A DNA stretch of 64,000 bases from Perkinsela sp. CCAP 1560/9 (GCA_965644495.1 CBFFSA010000012.1:310001-374000), one strand, 5' to 3'; positions 12,042 to 25,581 are shown, counted from the stretch's first letter. Numbers and translations: made by a program. Notes: a model not told the origin generated them from the letters alone.

Positions 12042-13056
12042 GGACGGTAGGGACAAATATTTGACGAAAAATTGATTTTTTTCGTAAATGATTCAAAAGT
12101 CCTTTTAAATGTTTTTATGGCATTTGCAGGTTCATGCACCTATTTTAAGCGTTTAAAAGAGACATCACCGCCCGCCCAGCTACCGTCACCCATCCCAGCC
12201 AAGATCCCCCATCCAGCCACCCGCTCAGCCCCTCGAACTAAATCTCGCTTACTGGGGCCAAATCTCTCTTACGGGACTTACGGTAATAGTGGGCGGTCTA
12301 ACACTCCGAGAAATTCGACCAGTCAGATATCCACGAGGAAGAACAATGATCAGTGATCCACACAGCTGCTCCGAATCCACACAGACCCTCCGAATAGGTC
12401 TGAGGTCTGGGGGACCGACTCGGACCCCCCGCATGGAACCAACTCCCCTACCCGATGTGGTCGTTAAAAAACGTTAAACACGTCGGCAGAAACTGGTAGA
12501 GGCGTTCGGACCTCGCACCCCCAAACGTCTGTGAAGGGCCTATTGTGCCACCCTTGAAGGAGAGTGGCAACTTCCCAAAGGGGGAACATCCTGAGGGAGC
12601 CAGCGGCCAGCCGGGGCGACCCGATGCCCTTCATTCACTCAGAAACGCATTTGCCGTCCTGCGATAGTCAGCTGCGTTTGTCAGGTAAGAAAATGTTGAT
12701 TTCATGTGGATCAAATCGTCGAAACTTCCTTCAGATCGCCGGGAAGAAACAAAGTAACCGATCATTCCCAAGTAATCGTCAGGGGAGCTCAAGCGCCCAC
12801 AAGAACGTCTCGCCGCGCTGACTTATTGCACTCTCGACCAGAGTGTTGGATTTCTGGGTGATCTACCCATGGGAAAAGTTTCGATAGAGTGAATTACTAT
12901 GCCATGTTACTAAAGAAGTGTGGTGCAACAAGTTAATAAAATTATGCGCTCAGAGACGCTGAAAATGGCTGCATGAATACGAAAATGATTTGAAAACGTT
13001 TAAAAAATTATTTCGAAAAAAATCAGTTTTGCGTCAAATATTTGTCCCTACTGCCC
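12042..13056. mobile_element. Non-autonomous Mutator-like element
   Basis: TIRs GGACGGTAGGGACAAATATTTGACG / CGTCAAATATTTGTCCCTACTGCCC. Perfect 9-bp TSD CTAAAACTC at 12033-12041 and 13057-13065. Confidence 0.85.
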
Positions 13057-13146
13057 CTAAAACTCTAACTATTTATTGATAAAGCTCTTATCATGCTATT
13101 ATGACGGGAGTGCAAGTCACTGGTTTTCGTCTTTATCTCTTTACTT

Positions 13147-13818
13147 ATGCCGCGACTTGCTAAAGCGCGATCATCTTTTCATCCTCCCGAAGTTCGTTTG
13201 ATTTCCTTCTTGCAAAACGTATATAATACCGATCCTTCCTGGAACGTATTAACTCCATTGCTAAAGTGGAATAAAGTGCAGCCCGCATTTAGATCTCCAA
13301 ACCTCATCCGACTCGAATGGGCGATGATGAACCTGAGAGGAAATCTCACGTGGTGTTCTTTCCCCGTTGAGGTATACCGCATAGATATTTCGCACAACAA
13401 GCTTCAAGGGGAGGTTTCGTTAGGAAATGTGGGGAACGAACTCTTGGAAGCAAAACTTGAACACAATGAGTTTTCATCCGAACTTGATCTAACTTCACTA
13501 CCCTCCAACCTCAACTACTTTACCGTCAATGACAACTTTCTTAACGGAATCCTTGATCTGGCCTCCCTGCCAGCATCCTTGGCAAGACTTCATCTTAATC
13601 AGAACTATTTCATGGGTGTCGTTGATGTTTCTTTTCTTCCTACCTTCATCCGGGTCGACTTGCGAGGAAACAAAGTTCTCGTGTTTCCTGAAGATACTTC
13701 GGAGTCTGCTTGGCCTTCGATTTTGCACGATCACATGGACGAAATTTCTAAGCCACAACACTATTTTGGATGCGCTACGTTAATTACACTACTCGCGTTT
13801 CCTTTTCTTTTTGATTAA
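13147..13818 (+). CDS. LRR family copy 3, hydrophobic C-terminus
   Basis: LRR repeats; ends ATLITLLAFPFLFD. Confidence 0.88.
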   Translation: MPRLAKARSSFHPPEVRLISFLQNVYNTDPSWNVLTPLLKWNKVQPAFRSPNLIRLEWAMMNLRGNLTWCSFPVEVYRIDISHNKLQGEVSLGNVGNELLEAKLEHNEFSSELDLTSLPSNLNYFTVNDNFLNGILDLASLPASLARLHLNQNYFMGVVDVSFLPTFIRVDLRGNKVLVFPEDTSESAWPSILHDHMDEISKPQHYFGCATLITLLAFPFLFD

Positions 13819-14759
13819 TCACTATGCCCCCCATACCTACTTACCGTCGATCCCCCTAGCACTAAGAAACCCCCTAGTACGAGACATTGGGCCCTTTTGG
13901 GAAGACCGCTGGTAAGAGAGACTTGGCTCAGCAGGCTGGCTGGCTCGCCTTGTGGTCGTCCTGGGACCCTTGGATGGTCGGGTTCCTGAGGCCGTTGGCA
14001 AACGAGAAAATTCCGAAGAAATCACAGAAAACACGAAAATAATTGCGTGCCGCGCATTTTCCTTCAAAAAAGCATTCACCTCCCTTAAGAGAGATTAGGC
14101 TACTTGGTTCGAACTTCGAAAACAATTCTCTTACTGGGGTCTAACGGTAGGAGGCTAAAATATTTCACATATTAGAGGGGGGCTAGAGGCCAGAGGGGGC
14201 CTAGAGGGGCTAAAACATTTAGCCTCCTATTTAGGGGAAACGGTCAAATCTCCCTTTTTCCCCCCAATTTTTCAAAAATTTTGAAGGGCATCCTGAACAC
14301 TAAAATTATTTACTTGTATTTCGTCAGCTCATCTTCAAAGGCTGAAATAACGGCTATTCGTGTTTTCAATGTCCCATTTCGCTTATTCATGTGTTGTCCA
14401 TACAGTATCGACCCGAGCTACATACAGTCCATACAGTATACACCCGAGCTCTATATTTTTGTCACACCTTTTCTTAACCTGGTGTGCCACAATTTAGGCC
14501 CTAGAACTTTATTTTCTGTATATTCCCTAGAATGACTTGGTGTAAATAAGTCTCTGTCCTCTCTTTCGTTAATACCAATATTAAAGGACTGTTAAAATCG
14601 TTGAACTCGGAAAACGATTGAACAATTTCTTTTTTTTTGTGGGAAAAAAGGCAGATTCCACCATAGCGACAATTTACTTTGTCTGGGGTCTTGGCAGAAA
14701 TAAATTTATTATCCAGCATTCTACTTTTAGGAATTTCTTTGAAGTAATCTCCCTTTTAT

Positions 14760-17700
14760 ATGTCTTCAAAGAAGGAAAGAAATCATTCAGCTACAAAGGA
14801 ATTTAACTTGTCGACTTCTCAAGCCGAATATCCTTTCGAAAAGTTTAAGGAAAACAACCCCTTTGTGCAGGTTTACAATACAGATGGTGAGGAAGAACAC
14901 CACCAAAAGGACAACCGTTCCTGTGAGTTTTTGTCGCATCCACGCAATTTACCATTTGTCTTTACCGGAACAAAAAGCATGTCGAATTGGAGCACATCGC
15001 AGCCGAAAGAAGTTTTTACTCCATCGACCGTCAGCGCATCTTCTCGCACATCGTCGATGCAAAGTAGTAACACATTTCGTGAATATAATGTGAAAAGTCA
15101 ATATTCGGCCTCACAAGAGGTCTTTTCCGACTTCGCAGGTATTCAAACCGACTCCCCATCGCAACCAATTTCTTTCTTCAATGGCTCGCAAAAGCAAATC
15201 CGTGCTGTCAATCCGAATGTCGCTCTTCCTGTTTCTTGCACCGATAATGCTCCTTACACTAGTCATATCACACATGGATCTCCATCCGTTCCGCAAGACA
15301 ATTCAATTTGTGACAATCCCTTTTCACTATCTTCCGTCGTTGCACCAGCCCATCCGTTTACACCCCATTTTTCTTACAACCACAGCAGAGCAAGTTTTAA
15401 TTCAATCAACCCTCCCGAAGGTTCTTCACCAACCTCGACGCAAACTAACAGGGTTAACCAAAATTCATCTTCAGCAACCGACGGACTAACCTCCCTTTTC
15501 TCATCCCTCCAAGTCTCCTCTTCGGCGTCCCGCAACCCTCTCGCTCCCGCGAACTCCGAAAACCCCGCAACCTCCAAAACCCTCGCGGCGAGCCTTCAAT
15601 CCGCCTTCTACTCGACACCCCCCCAACCTCCACCCCCACCCCCACCCCCCTCCCCCCACCGTGGGAGGCTACCTCCCCCCACCCCCCTCCCCCACGACCC
15701 TCTCCCCATCGACCCCTACCTCCCCACACTGGTCCACACGATCCAGCACAACCCCGTGACCTGTGTGGTCGGGGAAACGGGCTGTGGGAAAAGTACCCAA
15801 GTCCCTCTCGCACTGTGGCGAAATCTTACCGAAATCTCCCCTCACACGGGAAGAGAGCCCCCATCCCCTGTGAGGGGCGAGACGACCTTTTCGGGGGGGG
15901 GTGAGTCGTCAGCGTACGACTAAGGGGGTAAACCCCCTTAGCCCACGTACTACGACTACTACGGCTAACACGCCCTATTTGGTCGTGACCCAGCCCCGAC
16001 GCTTGGCCGCCATCTCCCTGGCCCAGCGTGTCGCGGCTCTCCTTGGGGAGCCGCTGGGGCGCACGGTGGGGTATGCGATTGCCAACGACAGTGTCGGGGG
16101 GCCACACACACGAATTGTGTTCGTCACCACAGGGTACCTCCTGCAGTCGTTGCTGCATCACACCCGTCTGTGGGACCGTCTCACCCACCTGGTGTTTGAC
16201 GAGGCCCACGAGCGCGGGTTGGAGGAGGATATGACCCTGTTGGTGGTGAAGCTTAAGCTGGCCCGGGAACGGGAGGCGGCCGCGGTAAAAGGGTGGCACG
16301 GTGGACCCCCCCATGACACGTTGGACCCACAGCCTTCGGGTGTCCCTACAAACGCTAAAAGGCTTATCATCATGTCCGCAACGCTGGAGACGGAGCGTTT
16401 TGTGACGTACTTTCACTCGGTTCAAGGCGGACCCCCACCGTGTCTACAAGTCGGCACCCGCCGGTTTCCGGTCGTCGAGTATTATCTCGAGACACTCCCG
16501 TTGGAGATCACCTCCGGGCTCACGCGGGAGGGCACAGAGGCGATCCAGAACTGGGCCTCTCGCCTGGTTCGTCTCCCCCGTGAGCCTCCAGGGCTGGACG
16601 CGATGCATCGCCTGTTGCTTTGCCTTATCCCAGCGGTTTGTAAACCCATGGGATGTGTGCTCGTGTTCCTCCCGGGGCTACAGGAGATGGAACTGCTCTA
16701 CTCCGAGCGTGAGGTTCTACAACAACGTGCCGCACAGCGTTGGGCGGAGACCCCCGACGCCGAGTTGGAGCTTTCCTTCTTTTTGCTCCACTCCACGGTG
16801 CCGCTGGAGGAGCAGCAAAAGGCCACCCGACGGCTCTCCTCGACAAGTTCTCCCGTGTGTCGGGTAATTTTAGCAACGAATCTCGCGGAGACAAGTCTCA
16901 CTATTCCCGATGTCCACATTGTGCTGGACAGCGGGCTTAGTCGACGCGTGTGCTACGCGGAGCGGCAAAAAATGGCACGGCTTCAAACCGTGTGGTGTTC
17001 CCAGGGCGCCGCCCGTCAACGTGCTGGGCGAGCGGGACGTACCCAGACGGGGATCGTGTGTCGTTTATACAGCGAACGTCTCCACGACGTCGTGATGCCT
17101 CCGGTAGAGCCCTCAGAGCTCTACCCGCTGGAATACAGCGTGCTTCGTGCTCGGGTCCACCTGAGAGCCTTTGGGACTCCTCAGGAGGTAATGTCACGTT
17201 TTATCGAGGCTCCGGCCACGGGTGCGGTCGAGGACGCGCTGCGGGGACTGATACAGGCCCAGCTACTCGGCAACCCTCCGGGGTATGAAGTTCGCCCACT
17301 TGGGGTGGTGGTGAGCCAACTTCCATTAAGTGTCACTCACAGCGGGTGGCTCGTTTCGGCAGCGTATTTAGGGATTATCCCCGAGACCCTGGTAGTGGTC
17401 TGTGGGCTTTCACTATCAAAACCGCTGTTTAAATATCCTATGCGGGTGTTTTACGATAACAATGCAGATTATCACGCGGCGTTTGCACAGACCGTTGAAG
17501 GGGTGCGCTCTCTGTCAGCAGGCTTTGCTAATGATATTGTGGCCTTTCTGGTGATTTACCTGGAAGCAAGCACCTATCTCGGAATGGACCGAGCCCAGAC
17601 AAGAGAGGCCGGGCAGTCGAACGCACTGCGTGAGTTTTGTCGAATACACAGTCTGATCTACGCCCGGGTACGGTCCTTTGTGACAGAGGTCCGCGGAATT

Positions 17701-19917
17701 GCACAGAAACTGCTCAAGCTTATACCCACATTGCTCAGTGTGCGAGATCGCCAGCTCCTCGAGGTGATGGAGAAACTGCCCTGTTGTGGAACCTCCCTGA
17801 CGGCAGCCGAAACCACCCGTCTCCTTCGCATGCGTCGAGAAATCAACCCGAATGTTTTCCGGCCGCGTCGTCTGTCTCTGTTTATACTCCTCGCAAGTCA
17901 GTCTCATGTCTTAGTGATGCAGCCCCCACGAGAATCCGAGGCACACCGCGAGCTCAACCCCCAGGAAGTGGAATTCGGTTCCACCTCTCTTATTGTAAAA
18001 AACAGCACAGAAGCGAGTGTTCGGGCCCATTTTGAGGAACTAGGACCTGTGCGTCAGATTACCAAATCGCAGTACGGCAGTCATCTCAAAGTGGAGTTCG
18101 TCAATGACCAATTCTATCACGATGGGTATTTGGAAACAAATGTGGAGAAGGAGAACGATGATTCAGATGAGGAATACTCCTCCTCCTCAGAAGAGGAGTC
18201 CGAAATGTGCGAAAGCTTGAGCACGGTCGAAATCCCTCCTCCCCTTGTCTGTACCTTTTGTGACACCCCCGCACCCCATAGAGAGACCACTCTAGGATCA
18301 AATCCTAATGACAACGACCCCGACGCTAACTCGAATCCTTCCCTGGCCACCTTTTCTTCCTCCTCCTCCTCCTCCTCCTTCTCTCGTGGTTTCTGTTCCT
18401 CTTCCCGCCGAAAATTCTACGGCACGGAGCTCTGCGGCTACAGTGATGACGATGAGGATGCTGATGAAGAAATCGATCCCCAACCGACTAAATCGAGCCC
18501 CACCCCCTCCCCCCCTCCCCCCCTCCTTCGACGCTTCCCCCTCCCCGTCGACCTCCTCCGACGGCTCTACCGTAAAGAAAAAGGCAAACTCCAATCCGAG
18601 TTCGCTCACATCCAGGATAGCCACTTTCTCGGCTTCTCCTCCAAACCGAAAGTTTTGTATCAACTGTTAACCAACCCCAATGCCGGGGTCTTGTTTTCGT
18701 CCTCTTCTTCTTTTTCACAAGATGAAAGCGAAAACAACGAAAACAACAGATTCGTGGGAGGAAAACAAAAGCCACACAAAAGGAGTCCCGCACACGGGGA
18801 CGCCCGTGTGTTTCTCGACAGCTGGAGTGTCGTGGAGGGGTACTACGACAGCTCACCCTACGGTGGGCCCCACCGAGGGGACCACGGCCACGGGGCCAGC
18901 CCCCGGGGCCTGGCCTACCCTCCATTTCCCTCCCCCTTTCCCCGGGCCGCCCCGCCCCGGTACGGGTACGCGCTCCAGACCCAGGCGGTGGGTCGCGAGG
19001 CCCACACGTCCTATGTGGTCACCAGCGCCCTGCTGCCGGGGGTGGAGACCGGGGAGGAGTTCCTGTGCTTTATGGTGTCGCAGTTTAGTGGGCCCCAGGC
19101 CCGGGGGGCCACGGTGTGGGGCGCGGGGCTCGACCCTTCGGGGTTTGTGCGACACTGGGGGTACGGGGACCCCCGGGTCCCGGGCCAGGGTCACGGGTTC
19201 CACCATGTGTACCTCCCCCTGTGGGGGGTGATGGTGATGAATGGGCTGCGGGTGGTCCTCGCGCTGGGGGCGGTGATGGCCCCGATGGTGGGGGGGATGG
19301 GACGGGTGCGACGGCGGGTGAGGGCCTCCCTGGAGGTGTTAAACCGGTTTATGCAGGCCAGGAGGGGGGGGGTGCTGCGTTGTGCGGCGAGGGGTTGTCA
19401 GAGCGTGACCTCGGGTTCGTACGCGAGGGGGACTCACTTTTGTGGGGGGCAGAAGGAGAAGCGCATGACGTTGCGCTTGCCCAACCTTGCGGCGTGTTTT
19501 CAAGCGATGGGGATGAAGGCGCCGTGCTCAGAGAGTGCGGTGGGTTCCCGGGAGGAGCAGCCCAAGCAAGCTCTTCCTTTGATGGATTACGGTGCTCTTT
19601 GGGACACGTTTAAAAAGACGTTCAAAAAACCTTTGAGGAAAAAAGAGGAGAGAAGAGAGTGGGAAGAGGACGGAGAATGGGAAGAGGACGGAGAATGGGA
19701 AGAGGACGGAGAATGGGAAGAGGACGGAGAATGTGAAGCGGAAGGGGATGAGGAAGATGGAGAAGAGGGGGACGAGGAAGAGGGGGACGATTCCTGGATA
19801 GAGGGTCTTCCAAGTGTTCCGAAACCTGTTTTAGAACTCGGCGCCATGTTGTATCCTCTTTTTGAGAATCCCGATGCGAAGAACGTAATTCTGGGACCGC
19901 ACGCATGCTATTATTGA
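14760..19917 (+). CDS. DEAH/RHA-family RNA helicase, split by a +1 shift at a G9 run (15893-15901)
   Basis: Walker A GETGCGKSTQ in ORF 14760-15923. TQPRRLAA, DEAHER, MSAT, VFLPG, ATNLAETSLTIPD and QRAGRAGR in ORF 15901-19917. Confidence 0.92.
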
Positions 19918-20185
19918 ACTGGGACCATGTGAACCGCTTCCAAATTGAAACTTCGTGTTGGCAATCTTGATCTTCATGCACGTATTCTTCGTAATATCCT
20001 ACGTATGCATGAAATATATTTTCTAGTAGCACTTAATACTGTGCTTAATCTATTGAGAACTACTTAGAGTACATCTACTTAGAGCTAAATTAGTTCTTTG
20101 TTCTCTTGATTAATCTAAAACTCTTTCACACAGTACGGAAATTTCATGCAGATTTGATATGAACCAGAAGCGTCTCGCGGTATTT

Positions 20186-20246
20186 CGTCTCTTTCCTTCA
20201 TTTCCATGTTTTATACCTATTCGAATTCTTTTTTATTATTTTTAGT
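20186..20246 (+). promoter_or_regulatory. Polypyrimidine tract and AG, putative trans-splice acceptor
   Basis: Pyrimidine-rich run ending TTTTTAG about 33 nt before the ATG at 20279. Similar tracts at about 21895-21923 and 63360-63495. Confidence 0.55.
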
Positions 20247-20278
20247 ACCGTTTTCTTGCTACTCTTCCCTTCAACTCC

Positions 20279-21328
20279 ATGACCTCTACCGAGACCCTAC
20301 CTACCCCCCATGAACTCCTCAAGGAGGCACAATCCATGACCGTGGAAAAATTCCTCAATCTCTCCTGCGACTTTCGCATTGCGGTTATCCCCTACTGCTC
20401 CACCGAGCTCCGTCGTGAGATTGCCTCCATGGCGAACGAGACCCCTGAAGAAGAGAAAGTAGACACCTCCGCCGAAACCTCCGAGTCTCCTTCAAAAAAT
20501 ACAGAATGTAAAAGCCCTGCACGTAAGATGGCCAAATCCGCCGAGGAGAACAACACAACCTGCGAAACAACCCCTAAAAGCCAAACCAAAATCTCCCTGG
20601 CGAATTTTAACAAGTACCCCGACAAAGTCGCGCTTCGTCGAGGTCCCATGGGGATCTCTCCGGTCGCTGCGGTGGATCTCGCGGAGAACGAGGAGATCTA
20701 CACGCTCCGTGGACCCATCCTCCCCTACGCGACGGTATTTACCATTCAAGTCACCAAGGAGCTCCACATGAACCCCTATGGGGGATCTGAGTTCCTGGCC
20801 CACAGTTGCCGCCCCAACACCAAGGTGGTGATTGAAAAATTAAAAGGGGAACCGGAGTGTGAGATTCCGGAACAGAAAAAAGAGGAAAGTTCTGCCCAAG
20901 AGGGGGGGGAGAAGAACGAAAACGGGACGCCTAGAAATGAGACCAAAGATTTTATGGTTGCCCACCCCTATGTGCTTCGGGTGATTACGATTGCGGCGAT
21001 TCCCGCCGGGGAGGTGTTGAGTTTCAACTACCTCACCACGGAGTACGCCATGGATGAGCCCTTCGAGTGTGTGTGTGCGGCCCAGGACATGACCACCGGG
21101 GCTGTGATCGGGTCCGTCCCCCCGGACATGACCCCACCGCGGAAACGGAAAGGGTCCCAGACCCGCGCGGGGTCCCTCTCCCCGAGTATCTCCCCCGCCC
21201 GGCTGTTTTGTTTCGGCAAAATCAGCGGGTTCAAGGATTTGAACTCGATGGAGCGGGAGGAGTTGGCGCCGTACTGCACGGAGGTGGTGAAGCAGTGCGC
21301 AATGGAAAACGGGCTGTTGAAACCGTAA
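20279..21328 (+). CDS. SET-domain protein (lysine methyltransferase fold)
   Basis: AHSCRPN, IPAGEVLSFNY and post-SET-like FECVC...CFG. Confidence 0.88.
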   Translation: MTSTETLPTPHELLKEAQSMTVEKFLNLSCDFRIAVIPYCSTELRREIASMANETPEEEKVDTSAETSESPSKNTECKSPARKMAKSAEENNTTCETTPKSQTKISLANFNKYPDKVALRRGPMGISPVAAVDLAENEEIYTLRGPILPYATVFTIQVTKELHMNPYGGSEFLAHSCRPNTKVVIEKLKGEPECEIPEQKKEESSAQEGGEKNENGTPRNETKDFMVAHPYVLRVITIAAIPAGEVLSFNYLTTEYAMDEPFECVCAAQDMTTGAVIGSVPPDMTPPRKRKGSQTRAGSLSPSISPARLFCFGKISGFKDLNSMEREELAPYCTEVVKQCAMENGLLKP

Positions 21329-21944
21329 ATAAATAACAGCCAGCGGAGGGGGGAACGAATGAGGGAGGAAGGTTGATGTAATGTGGTGAAAAAGGGGATA
21401 GATTTTAATACATTTTTTCTTAAATTCCTGTTCTTGTTACGACAGTCACTTTTCCTACTGGTATTTTTACAGTTCGTTTTAAATGTTGTTTGCGTTTTTG
21501 AGGTAGATCACCCTGGTTTCTATTACTTATTATTCGAATGAATGAATATTGTCTACTTTTTATTGGGAAATCCTTGTTCTGTTTACGGGGTTCGTTTAGA
21601 ATTGGTGTTTTCTTCTAGTGTGTTTTGAATATTTTAAGTGAACGTTTCGGAACTGTTTTTGGTCCTATTAATTCTAATAAATGTTATTTCAGATTGCAAT
21701 TAAGTGTTTTTCGTTGTAAATGAATGTTTTTGCTACCTTTTTCGTTATCTGTATCACTGATTCTCATACACTACTAATCTTAGTATCCGAGATCACACTA
21801 AAAATGTATTCGATCTTGATTCTTTTCCACAGACTTTTCCATTCTCTGGCAGTGTTTTAGGCGTAATAGTAATGTTTGTCGTAAAACGCAGTATCTCTTT
21901 TTATTCTTTGTGTTTCCTACAAGCTATTCTATATTCTATTTTTC

Positions 21945-22547
21945 ATGTCTCTGGTACGCACATCCCTGGCATCAGATGCGCAACCGACTGTACGTCCAGG
22001 TAAGGTTACTGGAGCGTCGCTACCCGCGGAATATGATTTAATGCGGCTCTTACAAAAGGTAGAGAATCTTGACTCTACCTGGAGCACGAATACACCAGCG
22101 GGTGAATGGGATGGTGTCGAATGCGATAAAGCTGGCAAGGTGGTCTATATAGATTGGTCGTATTTAAATCTTCGTGGTGAACTGAATCTGAAATATTTGC
22201 CCGTCACATTGGTGGCTCTACTTCTTCATGACAATGAGTTTTCGGGAAATTTCCCTTTTGAAGCTTTTCCTAGAACGTTAAAAACTATTACTTTATCTAG
22301 CAACCAATTTACGGGCACCCCAAACCTGTGTAATTTGCCGCCCATGCTAAAGCAAATCGCATTCGGTCACAACGAATTTGATGGCTGTGTTGATTTTTCT
22401 TCACTCCCGCTAACTTTGAGAGAGTTATATTTGAATCGTAACATAAACTTGGAAGGTTACTTGGATGTAGATGGCGTACTAAAGAATTTGTGCTATAATG
22501 TTGAATGGACGCGAATTACGGTGAGTAATGGAATACTAAAAACTTGA
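21945..22547 (+). CDS. LRR family copy 4
   Basis: GKVTGASLPAEYDL N-cap plus LRR repeats. Confidence 0.9.
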   Translation: MSLVRTSLASDAQPTVRPGKVTGASLPAEYDLMRLLQKVENLDSTWSTNTPAGEWDGVECDKAGKVVYIDWSYLNLRGELNLKYLPVTLVALLLHDNEFSGNFPFEAFPRTLKTITLSSNQFTGTPNLCNLPPMLKQIAFGHNEFDGCVDFSSLPLTLRELYLNRNINLEGYLDVDGVLKNLCYNVEWTRITVSNGILKT

Positions 22548-22926
22548 ATCAAACGTTTCGAAATTAGGGAAAGTCTAAACTTATAAATAGAACTTACAGT
22601 GCATCCAATATTTCATATCTATCTGATCTACACTCTTTATGTGTACACTCTTTATGTGTACTCTTTATGTGTATGAAGAGTCTTTCTGTTCAATTCATGA
22701 AAAAAAAATAGATTATGTGTATGTGATTATTTTTTTCTTTATGAACCTGTTTATTTTGTATTCATTAAAACGTTTTTTTTCAGGGTTCGCAGAAACTATA
22801 AAACTATCAATATAGTACTATATAGTTACTATAAACGTTTTTTAAAAACTATAAAAAACTATGTTTTTTTGTTTCACTTTTTAAACACTCTTGAGCTCAC
22901 CAACACGCCTTAAATACACAGAGAAT

Positions 22927-23439
22927 TCATTTGTGTCCAATTCTTCCTATTTTTAAACCCAAAAATTGATGCCCGAAATAAAAGCTAAGAGGGGTAATTT
23001 CTGCTCCACGAATATCATGTGTTCCTCTACTTCCAGCTCCCTTGAGCATCTTTTTTAATATGTCAGAAAGCAGCCACGAGCATTCGTGTCCTGCACGTCG
23101 TTTCACAAATATTAGTGCACTCCAAATACCTGCAGGTGAGCACATGCCTTGATTGTACCATTCCACAAGAAATGACATGAACTCTTCCTCTGAACACGTC
23201 TCGATTTTAATACTCTTGACTTTTCTCACCCTCTTTAGGAAGCTTTCAAGGGGATTCAAAACTCGCTCATAAGTCTTTAAGGTAGTAGGCTTCACAGATG
23301 CATTCACGAGAACCATGCGTGCTGTGCTGCACCTAATTAGCTTAGCGCGCGAAGGCTTAAACTTACGAGACATACGATATACACTAATGAAACGACTAAG
23401 AGGGGTGAACCGGGATCGGTGCGAGCGGGTGCGGCTCAA
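22927..23439 (-). pseudogene. N-terminal fragment of a tyrosine recombinase (VIPER/TATE-like)
   Basis: SVKPTTLKTYERV...FMSFL...SAL...KGA...RGA pattern; truncated before the catalytic domain. Confidence 0.65.
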
Positions 23440-23605
23440 AGTAAAAATGCAGTGCCCCGAAAAAGATCACTCCTAGATATTCAGGAGTTAAGCAATTTTA
23501 TACACCCTCTTATCAGTTCAGAATTTTGAGATGTACACGTTCCCGTTACTTTTAGTGAAATGAAATTTTGATGAAATGCAGTCGAAATGTATCCTAAAAA
23601 AATTA

Positions 23606-23797
23606 AACCACTCCGGGTTAATATTCCTATACCCTTGTATTATTCCTACCAGGAATATTACCGTCCCCCCTCCTATTTACTATTTAGTATCTTGCCCCCC
23701 GGCGCGAAAAACTTTTTGGTCCTTTTCTGCTAATTTTTTTTTAATATTCATATACCTCTTAATATTCCTACCAGGAATATTAACCCGGACAGTGGTT
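23606..23797. mobile_element. MITE, TA-flanked
   Basis: AACCACTCCGGGTTAATATTCCT / AGGAATATTAACCCGGACAGTGGTT. Confidence 0.75.
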
Positions 23798-23834
23798 TAG
23801 TTCCAAAATTTACTTTAAGCTTGCAAATCTTTTG

Positions 23835-24659
23835 ATGGATCTTCTACCTGACGACACTGTGTTTCTCGAAGACAAGTATGCTAGCTCTTCTTCACCCAGT
23901 TATGACCGTTTACGCAAGTGGGTAGGCCACAAGTTGCGCGAAACTATGATTGTTCCTTTAACACGAAAAGAAATTGTAAACTTAAAATTTGCTGGCCTTT
24001 CTGATATAGAAAAGAACAGGATCAAGTACGCAGACACACATCTTCCTGCGCCGGAAATAATGGAACGCATGGAGGAGAACATATTGGATAATTGCGCTGA
24101 GTGGTTGTTGAATCGTCGTCAGCAGCTTCTAAACGGATCAGAAACCTGCTCAAAGACGCTTTTTGAAGTGTCAATCGATGAGACTATCCTGCTTGAGGCA
24201 TTGGTCATGAAGGCCCGGGACACGGGACTCATGTTCTACAAAGATGCCATGAAATCTGAACTTCATGGCGTCAAGGAGCATGAGATGGACAATTTTTGGC
24301 GATGGAATAGTCCGGAGGAGAAATGGAAACTTGTTATACAAGATTTGCCTGTGGAATCGTTGGCTAAGGATATGAGTGACTTCCTTGGGAAGTACTATGG
24401 TGGGAAATATGAGCATTCTCCTCGCTCCTTAGAAGCTATGGCAGAATGGTTTCGCACTATGCGGCGAAGTTTGCGTGGGGACACGGTGGAAGCGAGCAAG
24501 AAGCACCGCGACCGTCACGGAGACCTTAAGCAGGTCGTTTGTGGAACGCAAGTGGAGACAAAAAAGGCTGCTGACGAAATTATAGTTCTACATCAGCAAG
24601 TACATGACCTCGAAAGCAAAGTGAAGAAGTTGAAAGCATACAAACGTTCGCGTCATTGA
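23835..24659 (+). CDS. Hypothetical protein with a C-terminal coiled coil
   Basis: 274-aa ORF on the cluster strand, no recognised domain. Confidence 0.65.
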   Translation: MDLLPDDTVFLEDKYASSSSPSYDRLRKWVGHKLRETMIVPLTRKEIVNLKFAGLSDIEKNRIKYADTHLPAPEIMERMEENILDNCAEWLLNRRQQLLNGSETCSKTLFEVSIDETILLEALVMKARDTGLMFYKDAMKSELHGVKEHEMDNFWRWNSPEEKWKLVIQDLPVESLAKDMSDFLGKYYGGKYEHSPRSLEAMAEWFRTMRRSLRGDTVEASKKHRDRHGDLKQVVCGTQVETKKAADEIIVLHQQVHDLESKVKKLKAYKRSRH

Positions 24660-24765
24660 GTGTCATTCACCTCAATTTAAGCTATGAGCAGGCTGCGGCC
24701 GTCCTACTTCCCTATCTCGGTAAATTGAAACTACAGGAAAGAAATTATTGACTATCTGCGAAGTC

Positions 24766-24850
24766 CAAGGTCGGGACTGTCCCTCTTGTCGATGAAGCAG
24801 GGGACGCACCTTCACCCCTCCCCGGCTCGCTCCCCCGGAGTGAGTTTTCT
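24766..24850 (+). repeat. Headless fragment of the SL-headed repeat
   Basis: AAGGTCGGGACTGTCCCTCTT...GAAGCAGGGGACGC...CTCGCTCCC matches 58982-59060. Confidence 0.65.
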
Positions 24851-25581
24851 TCCCCCTCGGCTTAATAAAAGCGCGCGTACCTCTTCGAACGACCTAGGCA
24901 TCACGTTAGTGAGGTAGCGACAAAAGGAAAGCAACATTTCAAAAACTCAAGAAACACTCAGACCATATGGACAGGTGTCGAAAAATTCTCCAAGTATTTT
25001 CGCCCGTTGAAACAGCTTCGCTTCAGCGGGTGCGGCCGGGTGCGCCAAGTAATCGTAATTTCGCCGGTCCACCCCTCTAATTACAATTTTAGTTAATAAA
25101 GCTGTATCCGTTTCTCCACTTCTTTTTTTTTTGCTGTCTAATATCTCAACTTGCTTTCCTTTCTCATCTTAGTTGTACTCGTCTTACTTGCACTTCTTTC
25201 CCGTGCTTCTCACGCCTACCTCTTCAATCTATGAAATTACCCGAGTCTGCTGATCAGTGAACTATTTTGTAGTCTTTTCTTGTAACGAAACCTATCTTGT
25301 GCTTTTCTTAAAAACAAAAAAAAATTACAAACTAATTGCCGCAGCAAAATTATAATATTAAACATGCCCACTCTCAGTCTTCCTTAAAATCCAAGCACTG
25401 AAGACGTTTTTCAGAACAACACTAGTCCTGACAACAAGAAGCCATAAGGCCTAGTAACTTAGCCCACCAAAAATAATAGTAACTATAAGAAATAATGATA
25501 CTAACACTTTATTCGCGATGTATGAAAAAAAGGAGATTTAGGTTTGTAATTCAAAAGGAATATACGGAAGTCTATCTTGAA

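Noticed and set aside
15893-15901. Programmed +1 frameshift in the DEAH helicase
   Set aside because: It falls in a G9 homopolymer, and other very long G runs (46855-46884, 60127-60148) suggest homopolymer errors. Raw reads should be checked first.
19659-19732. 18-bp tandem repeat as a regulatory array
   Set aside because: It is an in-frame coding repeat (EWEEDG) in the acidic helicase tail.
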